28,156 bases of DNA from an uncultured Thermoplasmata archaeon. GTDB taxonomy: Archaea; Thermoplasmatota; Thermoplasmata; Halarchaeoplasmatales; Halarchaeoplasmataceae. This document shows positions 1 through 8,871 of this stretch, in pieces. Position 1 is the stretch's first letter, and each line of letters opens with the position of its first letter. The notes under the pieces are model-generated. The model was not told where the DNA came from. It worked only from the letters and a program-made list of their open reading frames with translations, and did no database searches. Both the position numbers and the translations under genes were made by a program. The DNA lies in the NCBI GenBank assembly GCA_964399335.1, contig CAYNQI010000012.1, positions 1 through 28,156 of the forward strand, written 5' to 3'.

Positions 1-475
1 AAATCAATAGATCTGGTTCGTAAAGTTCTGAATGCACACCTAATAACCTCATGGCAGTATAATTATTCGCCTCAACTTTGAAAAAATCGATGATCTTTTC
101 AGAATGCAGATCAACACTGTAAAACGAATCTGCCTGTATCTGAATTCTCTCAGCTATGGCCTTAGAACTTATCGATTCGCCTTCTTTGAACATCTGGTCC
201 TGACGAGCATACGAAAAATATGGTACTATTACATTTACTGACCGAGCTCCGTTACCGATCAATGCATCCTGTATGAAAAATAGTTCCAGCAACCCACGGT
301 TCGGATAAGTGGTTTGTACTAAATAACAATCTTCCCCTTCTACACTTCCAGAAAGTTTTATATAGATCTCACCGTCAGGAAAAATTTTAGATTTAACTTC
401 GATATAATTCAAATCATTTCTCTCGATCAGTCTTTCGCTTAGTTTTGGCGAACCAGGTCCTTTTATCAACATCAT
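1..475 (-). CDS. prs: Ribose-phosphate pyrophosphokinase (PRPP synthase), N-terminal part; runs off the left edge
   Basis: Not in the ORF track. Manual translation from ATG 475: MMLIKGPGSPKLSERL...KNFPDGEIYIKL...LVQTTYPNRGLLELFFIQDAL...VIVPYFSYARQDQMFKEGESIS...VDLHS. FPDGE, PY.SYARQD and DLH are PRPP-synthase motifs. Confidence 0.95.
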   Translation of the reverse strand, partial: MMLIKGPGSPKLSERLIERNDLNYIEVKSKIFPDGEIYIKLSGSVEGEDCYLVQTTYPNRGLLELFFIQDALIGNGARSVNVIVPYFSYARQDQMFKEGESISSKAIAERIQIQADSFYSVDLHSEKIIDFFKVEANNYTAMRLLGVHSELYEPDLLI

Positions 476-478
476 CAG

Positions 479-494
479 ATACCCTTTAGGGTAT
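479..494. promoter_or_regulatory. 16-bp inverted repeat ATACCC-TTTA-GGGTAT immediately upstream of prs (candidate operator)
   Basis: Perfect 6-bp arms, 3 nt from the prs start and downstream of a TATA-like TTATATCT (minus strand, 505-512). Confidence 0.35.
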
Positions 495-591
495 AAATTT
501 TTAGAGATATAACATTTTTGACTTGACCGAGAAGATATTCAAGTATTTTAGCGTAATCGTTTTATAAGGACAACGACTTTGTAATTAATGG

Positions 592-945
592 TTGAAAGTT
601 ATGATGCCTGGCGGATTAGGAAATTCAAGACAGATGAAACGTATGATGAAAAAGATGGGCATGGAAAGTAAAGATCTCGATGCCGAGAAGGTTATTATAG
701 AAACGAGTGATAAAAAACTTGTTTTTGATAGTGCTGAAGTCGTTCAGATGAAGGTTAAAGGTCAAGAGATGTATCAGATAGTTGGTTCTCCTAGAGAAGA
801 GGCTCTAGAGGGAAAAGTTCTCATCGATGAGGAAGATATAAAGTTAGTTTCCGAAAGGGCAAATGTATCTGAAGAAGAAGCTAAAAAGGCTCTAGAAGAA
901 ACGGATGGAAAACCTGCAGAGGCTATCATAAAACTCAGTACTTGA
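592..945 (+). CDS. nac: Archaeal nascent polypeptide-associated complex protein (true start probably ATG 601 or 604)
   Basis: NSRQMKRMMKKMGM N-terminus, NAC beta-barrel (AEKVIIE...YQIVG) and C-terminal UBA-like DIKLVSERANVSEEEAKKALEETDG.PAEAIIKL. TATA TTTTATAA at 560-567. Confidence 0.95.
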   Translation: MKVMMPGGLGNSRQMKRMMKKMGMESKDLDAEKVIIETSDKKLVFDSAEVVQMKVKGQEMYQIVGSPREEALEGKVLIDEEDIKLVSERANVSEEEAKKALEETDGKPAEAIIKLST

Positions 946-971
946 ATACAAAATCATAAAGAGGTAATCTT

Positions 972-3698
972 TTGCCAAAAAAAGGGGAAAATACCGGAAG
1001 TACTATATTTATAGTTTTGATAATATTGATTTCAGCGAGTGTTGCTGGTATAAACCTTTTGACGATGTTCGGTATTATCCGATCCCCTGATCTATTGACA
1101 TATGCTGTTTTTATCGGGTTAATTTTAATTCCAGGTATAATAATCGGTAGCGCTTTAAATAAAGTGTTTATAGAACAAAAGAAGGTTCTAGGAAATATTT
1201 TAAAAAAAGATTCAGAGGCTGGGTATAAGATAGGATTAAAGAAAATATCTAATAGAAAAGAAAGGGTCTTGGCAGAAAGAACGATACATCCCTTATTTTA
1301 TTTTAAAATAGCCGTAGCTTCCATGCTATCCGTCTTAGCAGGGCTTTTAACTTTTATTATATCTATGGAGATCACGATCGAGACCTTTTTAATCATGAAT
1401 CCTGTACTTATTTTCCTGATATTCTTACTCTCTATAATACATATCTTCAGTAAAGGGTTGTTCAAACCGAATGGCTGGGAGGAATTTTTAGAACACACTT
1501 GGATCGCTTTATTTACAATAGCTTTATCGATATCTTTTATGGTATTCTTGAAAGATCATGTGAGAAGTGCTTATCCCAGATCATTTTGGGAGAATTTCCT
1601 AGGTCTTCCCTTTTCTCTACAAACTATTATGTTTCTTATTATACTCCTTCTCATCGGCGGTATACTTATCAGACTTGGAGATGTTCTAAAATTCGATTCA
1701 TCCCCCTTTAAGGCATCAGGTGTATCATTAGTTTTGGTATCGATGTTCTTTTTGATCCCTCAGTTCCAGTTCATCCCATTGGAAACATTTTTTGAGTTGA
1801 TAGTGTTTGCCTTTTCAGTTTTCCTTATACTTTATGGGATTTTCACTACCTTTCTTTTATATAAATATGCAGACCTGAAATACCTTGTCACAAATGAAAG
1901 AGTTATGGTGTTAAAGACCAATAGATTAGAGAAATCTTTAACCTTCCCTTTAAACAGGTTTAATAATATCGGTATTTCACAAGGATCTTTGGAAAAAAAA
2001 TTCGGATATGGTAATGTGAATATTCTTTTTAGAACATCGAAAAGGAAAAAAACTGAATTCTGTGTATTACACGGCGTTAAAAAACCCAATCTTCTAGCTA
2101 ATACTATCAGATCTCAAGGACTTAGAGAAAGGAAAAAAATGAAACCAAAAAAGAAGAAGGTTAAAAAGAAGAGGCCAGGAAAGAAAACTAAAAAAACTCC
2201 TACGAGGGGATCAAAGGATAATTTTTATTACAGGTTGGTGACACCTTTGATCATTTTCTCTATCTTGATGTTGACAATCACACCAACATTGACTGTAGAA
2301 GGAGATGATCCATCAGAAATACCTGATATTGAGGAAAATCATGAGATCGTTTTTGAGAACTTTACACATGTAGATATGCATTCTAATTACAGTATATATA
2401 GGATGAATATAAATGGAGCTCCCCTGACATCTGAAGATATCCGGGAGGATTATAATGGATCAGATGAAGAGGGAAAGGATAGATTAGAGCGTAATATGTT
2501 GAATCATACGGACTCATTGATAGAAGATACGATGGAAGTTTCGTTTGACCTGTACAACCTCTCTAAAGGTACATATTCGTATACACGTTCTATCGATAGG
2601 AACAGTTTAGTGCAAGATGATGATGGTCCGATCATAATAGAATATTGGACAGAAATAAGTTTTTACCCAGAATACTATGACCTACCAGAGGGATCAGATT
2701 TGGAAGAACTGATAAACGGAGCGCTAAAGATCGGCGGACGACTTGAGGAAGATATACCATTATTTTGCAGAGAAGGTCATACAACTTACTACAAGATCCA
2801 TGCTCCCTCCCCTCTTTATTTCTTAGAGCATGAAAGCAGTTCAGTAGAACTTGGATTGGATAATCGTCAAGGACATAATCCCCAAAAAGAAAATAGACTA
2901 GTGATAGTTCACGAGGATCCTATTGAATTAAAAGAAGGAACTTCAGATTTAAACTTGCTTTTAGACATCTATGAATTGGTTAGAAAATCGGATAGAGAAT
3001 ATGTATCCGTAAACATGAACTTCACTTCAGAATTAAACGAACTGTCTATACCACGAACCCTACAACAAAAATTACCTGAATCAATTTTTATCAACCAATT
3101 AAACCCAGATATGATCAGATTACTGTACAGAAATGGATTCGATATGGAAATCGAAAATTATTTCTCAGAGATCGAAGGCGATTTGAGTGATGAACTCGGA
3201 TCTCATTTTGTTGTAAAAGAACAAGGAAGATTGAAAACATTTGGGCTCGATGTAGACTATGATATCGATTCTATGGATTCTAAAACACCGATTAGAATAT
3301 ATTATAACTCTTCATTAGAAAAGACTCTTTATGAGGAGCAAGCTCAAAGTACATCGATCATACAAAGAAGATATCTGGTAGATCAAACGATATCTTTTGA
3401 ATTATCTAGTTTCCAGAATCTTGGACTTGATTATACCATAATAGCTCCTGAAGGTATTGAGCTGATTAGTGGAGATATGGATGGCACAAGATTAAGTATC
3501 CAGCAGGATGGATCTGGAAGGTATTTTGTTCAAGACAGAGTCCCGATTGATAGTAGTGTTACTATCCGATTAACGGTTGGTACACATGTTGATATTTTTT
3601 CTCTTCTACCATTCATAATATTGATCATAACTTTATTTGTTACTTGGATATGGTTGAATATAAAACCTGTTAAGAAGAAACGTAAAAGATGGAAATAA
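972..3698 (+). CDS. Large membrane protein: about 8 N-terminal TM helices, bacterial-PH (bPH_2-like) domain, Lys-rich linker, TM/signal-like helix, about 430-aa acidic ectodomain, C-terminal TM with basic tail
   Basis: SD GAGGT at 961-965 before the TTG start. Hydrophobic segments are visible. YLVTNERV...ISQGSLEKKFGYGNVNI...LHGVKKP matches the bPH_2 pattern (recognised by eye). Confidence 0.8.
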   Translation: MPKKGENTGSTIFIVLIILISASVAGINLLTMFGIIRSPDLLTYAVFIGLILIPGIIIGSALNKVFIEQKKVLGNILKKDSEAGYKIGLKKISNRKERVLAERTIHPLFYFKIAVASMLSVLAGLLTFIISMEITIETFLIMNPVLIFLIFLLSIIHIFSKGLFKPNGWEEFLEHTWIALFTIALSISFMVFLKDHVRSAYPRSFWENFLGLPFSLQTIMFLIILLLIGGILIRLGDVLKFDSSPFKASGVSLVLVSMFFLIPQFQFIPLETFFELIVFAFSVFLILYGIFTTFLLYKYADLKYLVTNERVMVLKTNRLEKSLTFPLNRFNNIGISQGSLEKKFGYGNVNILFRTSKRKKTEFCVLHGVKKPNLLANTIRSQGLRERKKMKPKKKKVKKKRPGKKTKKTPTRGSKDNFYYRLVTPLIIFSILMLTITPTLTVEGDDPSEIPDIEENHEIVFENFTHVDMHSNYSIYRMNINGAPLTSEDIREDYNGSDEEGKDRLERNMLNHTDSLIEDTMEVSFDLYNLSKGTYSYTRSIDRNSLVQDDDGPIIIEYWTEISFYPEYYDLPEGSDLEELINGALKIGGRLEEDIPLFCREGHTTYYKIHAPSPLYFLEHESSSVELGLDNRQGHNPQKENRLVIVHEDPIELKEGTSDLNLLLDIYELVRKSDREYVSVNMNFTSELNELSIPRTLQQKLPESIFINQLNPDMIRLLYRNGFDMEIENYFSEIEGDLSDELGSHFVVKEQGRLKTFGLDVDYDIDSMDSKTPIRIYYNSSLEKTLYEEQAQSTSIIQRRYLVDQTISFELSSFQNLGLDYTIIAPEGIELISGDMDGTRLSIQQDGSGRYFVQDRVPIDSSVTIRLTVGTHVDIFSLLPFIILIITLFVTWIWLNIKPVKKKRKRWK

Positions 3699-3714
3699 GT
3701 AAACAGACTAGTAT

Positions 3715-5223
3715 CTATAACTCGATTACATCTTCCAATCTTTCTTTCACGAAATCTTTCTCTAGCTGTGAAAGGAACCGTCCCAACCGTGGACCTTTAT
3801 TTTGACCTAAAAGGATCTTATAGAACACCCTGAAAGCTTTCCCTTTATTTAGACCCACAGCATCAGCATTCTCATGCACGAACTGATGTAACTGTTCAGA
3901 AGTCCATTCACCATGGTCTATTGAATTTCGATATCCCGTCAAGAATTCGATTTCTTTTTCAGACAACTTTACATCAGGTAATTCCTTTTTGATAGAAAAT
4001 TTGACCATATCTGGGGCAAAATTATCCAACCAGTATTCGACTCCCTTAGCTCTTTGCACCATCTTCTGATAATCCGATTCATCTGAAGATTTGATCTGCT
4101 CATTTTCTGTGACAACCTTCCACATCTTCTCGTAGTCGTCGTATATTTGAACAAGGTTGACAAGATGTCTATATGGAATCCTGAGCGGTTTTCTTTTTGG
4201 AACTTCGTCGATCTGTGACAGTTCGTAGATCTTCTTCATATCCTCGTCTTCACCTTCAAAATATTCCTCTTCGTACTTGTCGTATTCATCTACCAGATCC
4301 AACAAACCAAATCCAGGATCAAAGTCGATGTGGGTATTCGGTTTCGGACGCATTATCAGAAACCGGGCCACCTCTGGAGATACCATGTTCAGTAGATCCT
4401 CTGTTTTTACTGCCACACCAGATGAAGATGACATAGGTCCTTCACCTTTAAGTTGGATCCACTCGTAGATCACTGGACGTGGGGGATCTCGTTGGAATAT
4501 CTTCTTGATGATCTCCTTTCCCGTATCCCATGACCCGCCTGATGCTGCATGGTCTTTTCCAAATGGTTCACAATCAATATCCAATATCCACCATCTAGCG
4601 GCCCAGTCGCATCTCCATGGGAGTTTACCGTCATCTGTTCTTATATCTGCTTTTCCTTGGTGTCCGCATTGACAGATATATGAAACATAAGGATCTTCAT
4701 ATCCAGTAACAACAGAATCACCAAGTGTACCACATTTTGAACAGATGGGGTTATACGGGAACCAATCATCTTCTAGTTCTCTTCCTGTCTTAGAACTTAT
4801 TATCTCTGCGATTTCCTCTTTCTTGTTTATCACTATACGTGTTGCCTCTTCATACTCACCTTCAGCATACATCTCATGAGCATAGATCAAATTCAGATCG
4901 ACTCCCATCTTTTCTAGGGATTCTAAAAAAGGTTCCATGAAATGTTCTGCATAATTGCCATGCTCTCCACACATACAGGGAACTTCACTAAGAGGCCGTC
5001 CTATATGTTGTTCCCAAGAGTCATCTAAAAATGGATAGAGTTTTCTCAAAGGATCTATTGAATCTACTATCAATAAAAGATCACCATCAGCTTCTCTAGC
5101 TATTCCCTCTCCAGTGAGTAATTCTCTGATATGGCCTAAATGTATCGGTCCTGAAGGAGCTTCGCCTGTTGCGATTAGTGGATTTTCTCCTAATTCTTTT
5201 GCTTCGACTTCTGCCCAGTGCAT
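3715..5223 (-). CDS. lysS: Lysine--tRNA ligase, class I
   Basis: MHWAE...ATGEAPSGPIHLGHIRE (HIGH region), CSKC and CQCGH zinc sites, GKLPWRCDWAARW, EPFGKDH, GPRLGRFL. Confidence 0.97.
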   Translation of the reverse strand: MHWAEVEAKELGENPLIATGEAPSGPIHLGHIRELLTGEGIAREADGDLLLIVDSIDPLRKLYPFLDDSWEQHIGRPLSEVPCMCGEHGNYAEHFMEPFLESLEKMGVDLNLIYAHEMYAEGEYEEATRIVINKKEEIAEIISSKTGRELEDDWFPYNPICSKCGTLGDSVVTGYEDPYVSYICQCGHQGKADIRTDDGKLPWRCDWAARWWILDIDCEPFGKDHAASGGSWDTGKEIIKKIFQRDPPRPVIYEWIQLKGEGPMSSSSGVAVKTEDLLNMVSPEVARFLIMRPKPNTHIDFDPGFGLLDLVDEYDKYEEEYFEGEDEDMKKIYELSQIDEVPKRKPLRIPYRHLVNLVQIYDDYEKMWKVVTENEQIKSSDESDYQKMVQRAKGVEYWLDNFAPDMVKFSIKKELPDVKLSEKEIEFLTGYRNSIDHGEWTSEQLHQFVHENADAVGLNKGKAFRVFYKILLGQNKGPRLGRFLSQLEKDFVKERLEDVIEL

Positions 5224-5235
5224 TGGATCACTCGT

Positions 5236-5838
5236 TTACTTTCCTATCAATTTTGCCCGGATGAGTGCTCTTAAAGGAACACCAACGATTTCGTCTTGAC
5301 CATCTTTGTTGACGGTTACCATTGACAGAACCGCCTCTGCTCCTTCGTTCTCCAAGAAAGTGATAGCGCCCTCCATTGTTTCACCGGTACTCACTACATC
5401 ATCGACTACGACGACCTTTTTACCCTTTACCCCAGCATAGTTTGAACTCAAAGCACCTCCACCACGTCTTCTATCTCCACCTGGTGGTCTGTATATGGCT
5501 AGCTCTCTATTCAACTCTTCGGATATCAAAGTAGCCAATGGGATACCATTTATGGCGATTCCCACAACTGTGTCAAAATCTTCTTCCATCAATTCCATCT
5601 CTTCTAAGATCACATCAGAGAACATGGTGGCAAGTAAACCTATCCTTCCACCAAAAACTCCGACAGATCTCCAACCTATCTTTACGTCTGTAGGGGGAGC
5701 CTCCTCTCTCACATTCTTAGTCAAAAGCCAGGTAACTGTATCCACTGATAGATTTAGTTCAGTAGCTATTTCTTTTTCCTTTAGCCCATTCCTTTTATAT
5801 TCCATGGCTTCCTCTACAAGGGACTCGATTCCTTTCAT
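5236..5838 (-). CDS. gfcR: GfcR-like regulator (N-terminal HTH plus orotate-PRTase-like domain)
   Basis: EIATELNLSVDTVTWLL HTH, DVKIGWRSVG, VVGIAINGIPLAT, ALSSNYAGV and PRPP loop VVVDDVVSTGET. This is the architecture of the archaeal PyrE-like/GfcR family. Confidence 0.85.
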   Translation of the reverse strand: MKGIESLVEEAMEYKRNGLKEKEIATELNLSVDTVTWLLTKNVREEAPPTDVKIGWRSVGVFGGRIGLLATMFSDVILEEMELMEEDFDTVVGIAINGIPLATLISEELNRELAIYRPPGGDRRRGGGALSSNYAGVKGKKVVVVDDVVSTGETMEGAITFLENEGAEAVLSMVTVNKDGQDEIVGVPLRALIRAKLIGK

Positions 5839-5940
5839 AACAAATCACTTTGCTTCTGTAATCTTTGATGCTATTTATAATATTATGGTTTGTAAAAGTG
5901 TATAAAACAAAAATTTTAATACCTCTTTATAATTTGTTAA

Positions 5941-6192
5941 GTGATGACAGTTTGTGGATTATTCTTTTGGATCATAGTCGTCCTTCTCTTGATCGCTGGG
6001 GTAAGTTATATTTTAGGTGCGGATAAATTGGGGGACTTCGCTCTAGACGTAATCCGTGTTAGCATCATCTTCGTTCTATTAGTGGTCTTGGTCGCATTGA
6101 TTCTTATATTGATAGGTAGATGGAATTGGAGAGATATATTTAGAGAGGCCTCTATGGTCTATGATATTATTCGTTTACTGTTTATCGTATAA
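5941..6192 (+). CDS. Small 2-TM membrane protein, possibly DUF1328/UPF0391-like (start GTG 5941 or ATG 5944)
   Basis: Two hydrophobic helices separated by GADKLGDFALDVIR. TATA-like TTTTAATA at 5914-5921. Family resemblance is by eye only. Confidence 0.65.
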   Translation: MMTVCGLFFWIIVVLLLIAGVSYILGADKLGDFALDVIRVSIIFVLLVVLVALILILIGRWNWRDIFREASMVYDIIRLLFIV

Positions 6193-6234
6193 ACCAATCA
6201 AAAGAATTATGAAAGGGTATTATTATCCGGAAGC

Positions 6235-7536
6235 ATGAAAATCAGTATCATAGGGACGGGATATGTAGGATTAGTTAGTGGAGTAGGATTTGCTAGTAAA
6301 GGACATGATGTAACCTGTGTAGATATCATAGAGGAGAAGGTTGAAAAGATCAACCGTGGTGAACCCCCTATCTACGAAAAGGGTTTAGAAGAACTCCTCC
6401 AGGATGTTGTTTCTAATGATAAATTAAAAGCTACGACAGATACTAAAAAAGCAGTTAAAGAAACTGAATTGACTTTCATATGTGTTGGTACCCCATCTAG
6501 ACAAAACGGAAGCGTTGATCTTTCTGGTATAGAAAAAGCGGTGCAAGATATGGTTAAACCTTTAATGGATAAAGATGATTACCATGTATTCTGCGTTAAA
6601 AGTACAGTGGTTCCCGGTACTACAGAAGAGAAAGTATTACCGATTTTAGAGAGCTCTGGAAAGAAAGTAGGTGGAGATTTTGGTCTCGGTATGAACCCCG
6701 AGTTCCTTAGAGAGGGTATAGCTTTGGATGATTTTCTTAATCCCGATAGGATCGTTTTAGGAGGATGGGATGAAAACTCATTGAATGTACTATCAGAGGC
6801 TTACGAACAATTTGAAGCCCCTAAACTTAAGACGGACATTAAATGTGCTGAGATGATTAAGTATACCTCTAATGCTTTATTGGCTACAAAGATATCCTTC
6901 GCCAATGAGATTTCACGGATATGTGAAAGTATCGGTATCGATGTTTACGAAGTGATGGATGGAGTGGGATTGGATCATAGGGTCAAAAGGGATTTTCTCA
7001 ACGCTGGAGCTGGATTCGGTGGGAGCTGTTTCCCAAAGGATGTCAAGGCTATCGTGAAATTTGCTAAGGAGAATGATCTTGAAACTGAATTATTGAACTC
7101 AGTTCTTTCTGTAAATGAGGAACAACCAGTTCACATCATAGACCGTTTGGAGGAACAAGTTGGTCCTGTTAAGGGCAAAAAAGTCGCTTTTTTAGGCCTA
7201 GCATTTAAAGGTGGGACCGACGACATCCGAGAAACACGTGCCTTACCCATGGTTGAAAGACTTTTAGAATTAGGAGCTAACGTTGTTGGATATGACCCCA
7301 AGGCATCAGCCAATTTTAAGGAAATATTATCTGAACAGATCGAGTATGCTGATAGTATATCAGAAGCTATAGGGGATGCAGATATATGTATCATCCAAAA
7401 TGATTGGGAGGAGTTCAAAGATTTAGCTACTGATGATTTTGAACCCATGAGAGGGGATGTCATCGTAGATGCTAGAAGGGTATTAGATAAGGAAGAATTT
7501 ATTGAAGATTTCACCTATATCGGCGTAGGTACGTAA
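6235..7536 (+). CDS. ugd: UDP-glucose/GDP-mannose dehydrogenase (AglM/Ugd-like)
   Basis: GTGYVG Rossmann motif, FICVGTP, KSTVVPGT, NPEFLREG, catalytic GFGGSCFPKD, GLAFKGGTDDIRE. Confidence 0.95.
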   Translation: MKISIIGTGYVGLVSGVGFASKGHDVTCVDIIEEKVEKINRGEPPIYEKGLEELLQDVVSNDKLKATTDTKKAVKETELTFICVGTPSRQNGSVDLSGIEKAVQDMVKPLMDKDDYHVFCVKSTVVPGTTEEKVLPILESSGKKVGGDFGLGMNPEFLREGIALDDFLNPDRIVLGGWDENSLNVLSEAYEQFEAPKLKTDIKCAEMIKYTSNALLATKISFANEISRICESIGIDVYEVMDGVGLDHRVKRDFLNAGAGFGGSCFPKDVKAIVKFAKENDLETELLNSVLSVNEEQPVHIIDRLEEQVGPVKGKKVAFLGLAFKGGTDDIRETRALPMVERLLELGANVVGYDPKASANFKEILSEQIEYADSISEAIGDADICIIQNDWEEFKDLATDDFEPMRGDVIVDARRVLDKEEFIEDFTYIGVGT

Positions 7537-7559
7537 ATTATTCATTCACCTGAAAAACA

Positions 7560-7638
7560 GGCAGGAGGCTCCTTCCTTCATGTGCAGGACTTTGTCCTTT
7601 CATCCTCGTTAACACTGCGGATGCAGGAGAGGAATGCC
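7560..7638 (+). repeat. IS left-end subterminal hairpin with enlarged loop
   Basis: Outer GGCA(7560-63)/TGCC(7635-38), stem TCCTTCCT(7570-77)/AGGAGAGGA(7625-33), inner hairpins AGGAC-TTT-GTCCT (7586-98) and CATCC/GGATG (7601-23). Confidence 0.7.
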
Positions 7639-7668
7639 ACTTTCAGTTATTCCCCCCCCCTTCAGATA

Positions 7669-7676
7669 TTTAAAAA
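7669..7676 (+). promoter_or_regulatory. TATA box of tnpB (leaderless spacing)
   Basis: TTTAAAAA exactly 24 nt before ATG 7701, the same spacing as several host genes here. Confidence 0.55.
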
Positions 7677-7700
7677 GGTGAGTCCCGTTAATGAATATAG

Positions 7701-8871
7701 ATGCGCAGAACAGTCAATATCAAACTCTCTCTAGAAAACCGCAGATATCTAGAGAAAACTATACAACAGTTCAAAAAAGCATGTCAGATGACCGTTGAAG
7801 AAGGTTGGATAGAATAGGGACTAAAAACTTACAGCAAATTCAATCTGCAGGAAAGGATCTACGGTGAACCAGAGAGGCGACCGACTTACAGGCCAACCTT
7901 GTCATTAGAGCTATCGCAAGAGGAGCACAAGCGATCAAAGGATGCGTAGGACGGCTAAAAAACGGCTTCAAAGCGAGCAAACCCGAGTTCACTTCCGACT
8001 CGATAGCCTACGATAAAAGAACTTTGACTGTAGATTTAGAAAATCACGAATGCTCTATTTCAACCGTAGAAGGCAGGATCGACGCTGAATTCGTACTGCC
8101 AGAGAAACAAAATGAATACTAAGATAAATACCTCAACGGCGACTGGACGGTCAAACAGTCGACCATAGAAAAACATGGTTACGAAGAAGGAGAACCATTC
8201 TATCTCCATCTTGGATTGGAAAAAGAAAACGAAGACACAGAAATAGAAACGAACGAAGAGGATCCGACCGTCATGGGAGTCGATCTTGGCATAAACAACC
8301 TGGCCGTTACATCTACTGGGCGTTTCTTCAAAGGTAACGACCTCGACCAGAGACGCAAACGCTTCGAGGAGATACGTGGTAAGCTGCAGCGAAAAGGCCA
8401 CGCTCGGCTCACCTGACACTTAAAGGGATGGCCGAGCGTGAAAACCGCTACGCCTGCGACACGCTACACTGTATCTCTAAGAAGCTGGTCGAGGAAGCTG
8501 AAGAAAAGGGTATCGATGTGAAACAGATAAATCCGGAAAATACGAGCAAAAGATGCAGTAAATGCGGACATATCGATAGGAACAACCGGCATAGAGAAAA
8601 GTTCGAGTGCCAAAACTGTGGATACGAACTGCACGCCGACTACAACGCATCCAAAAACATAGGCATCAAACTTCTCCAGCGGCGGCAAAAGTCCTCTGCT
8701 GGAACGGGCCACGGTCAACTGGCCCTGAAGTCAGGAACGTTGAAGTTGAATGGAAACTTTACTCCTCCCCGCTCTATGGGTCAGAAATGGAGTTCACTGA
8801 CAATCTACTTGAATTCCTGTCCAGTGGAATTCAATCGATATTTAGAATTTTCTGCGAAAATTCTGAGATAG
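7701..8871 (+). pseudogene. tnpB: TnpB (RNA-guided RuvC nuclease) pseudogene
   Basis: Reconstructed as MRRTVNIKL...LQANLVIRAIAR...KPEFTSDSIAYDKRT...MGVDLGINNLAV (RuvC-I)...GTRSAHLTL...NPENTSKRCSKC...CQNC...HADYNASKNI (RuvC-III). Lesions: TAG 7815-17, frameshift near 7869, TAA 8120-22, frameshift near 8399, in-frame loss of RuvC-II near 8500-8511, probable frameshift near 8765. Confidence 0.92.

Noticed and set aside
4405-4445. LysRS lacking a canonical KMSKS (PMSSSSG)
   Set aside because: Class I LysRS commonly has degenerate xMSSSxG motifs.
7652-7660. C9 homopolymer as a phase-variation switch
   Set aside because: It lies upstream of the TATA of a dead gene with no frame or spacing it could alter. 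It may also be a sequencing-length artefact.
7701-8871. Domesticated nuclease-dead TnpB (TldR-like) repressor of rli
   Set aside because: Two in-frame stops and at least two frameshifts prevent a full-length protein. Only the RNA could still function.
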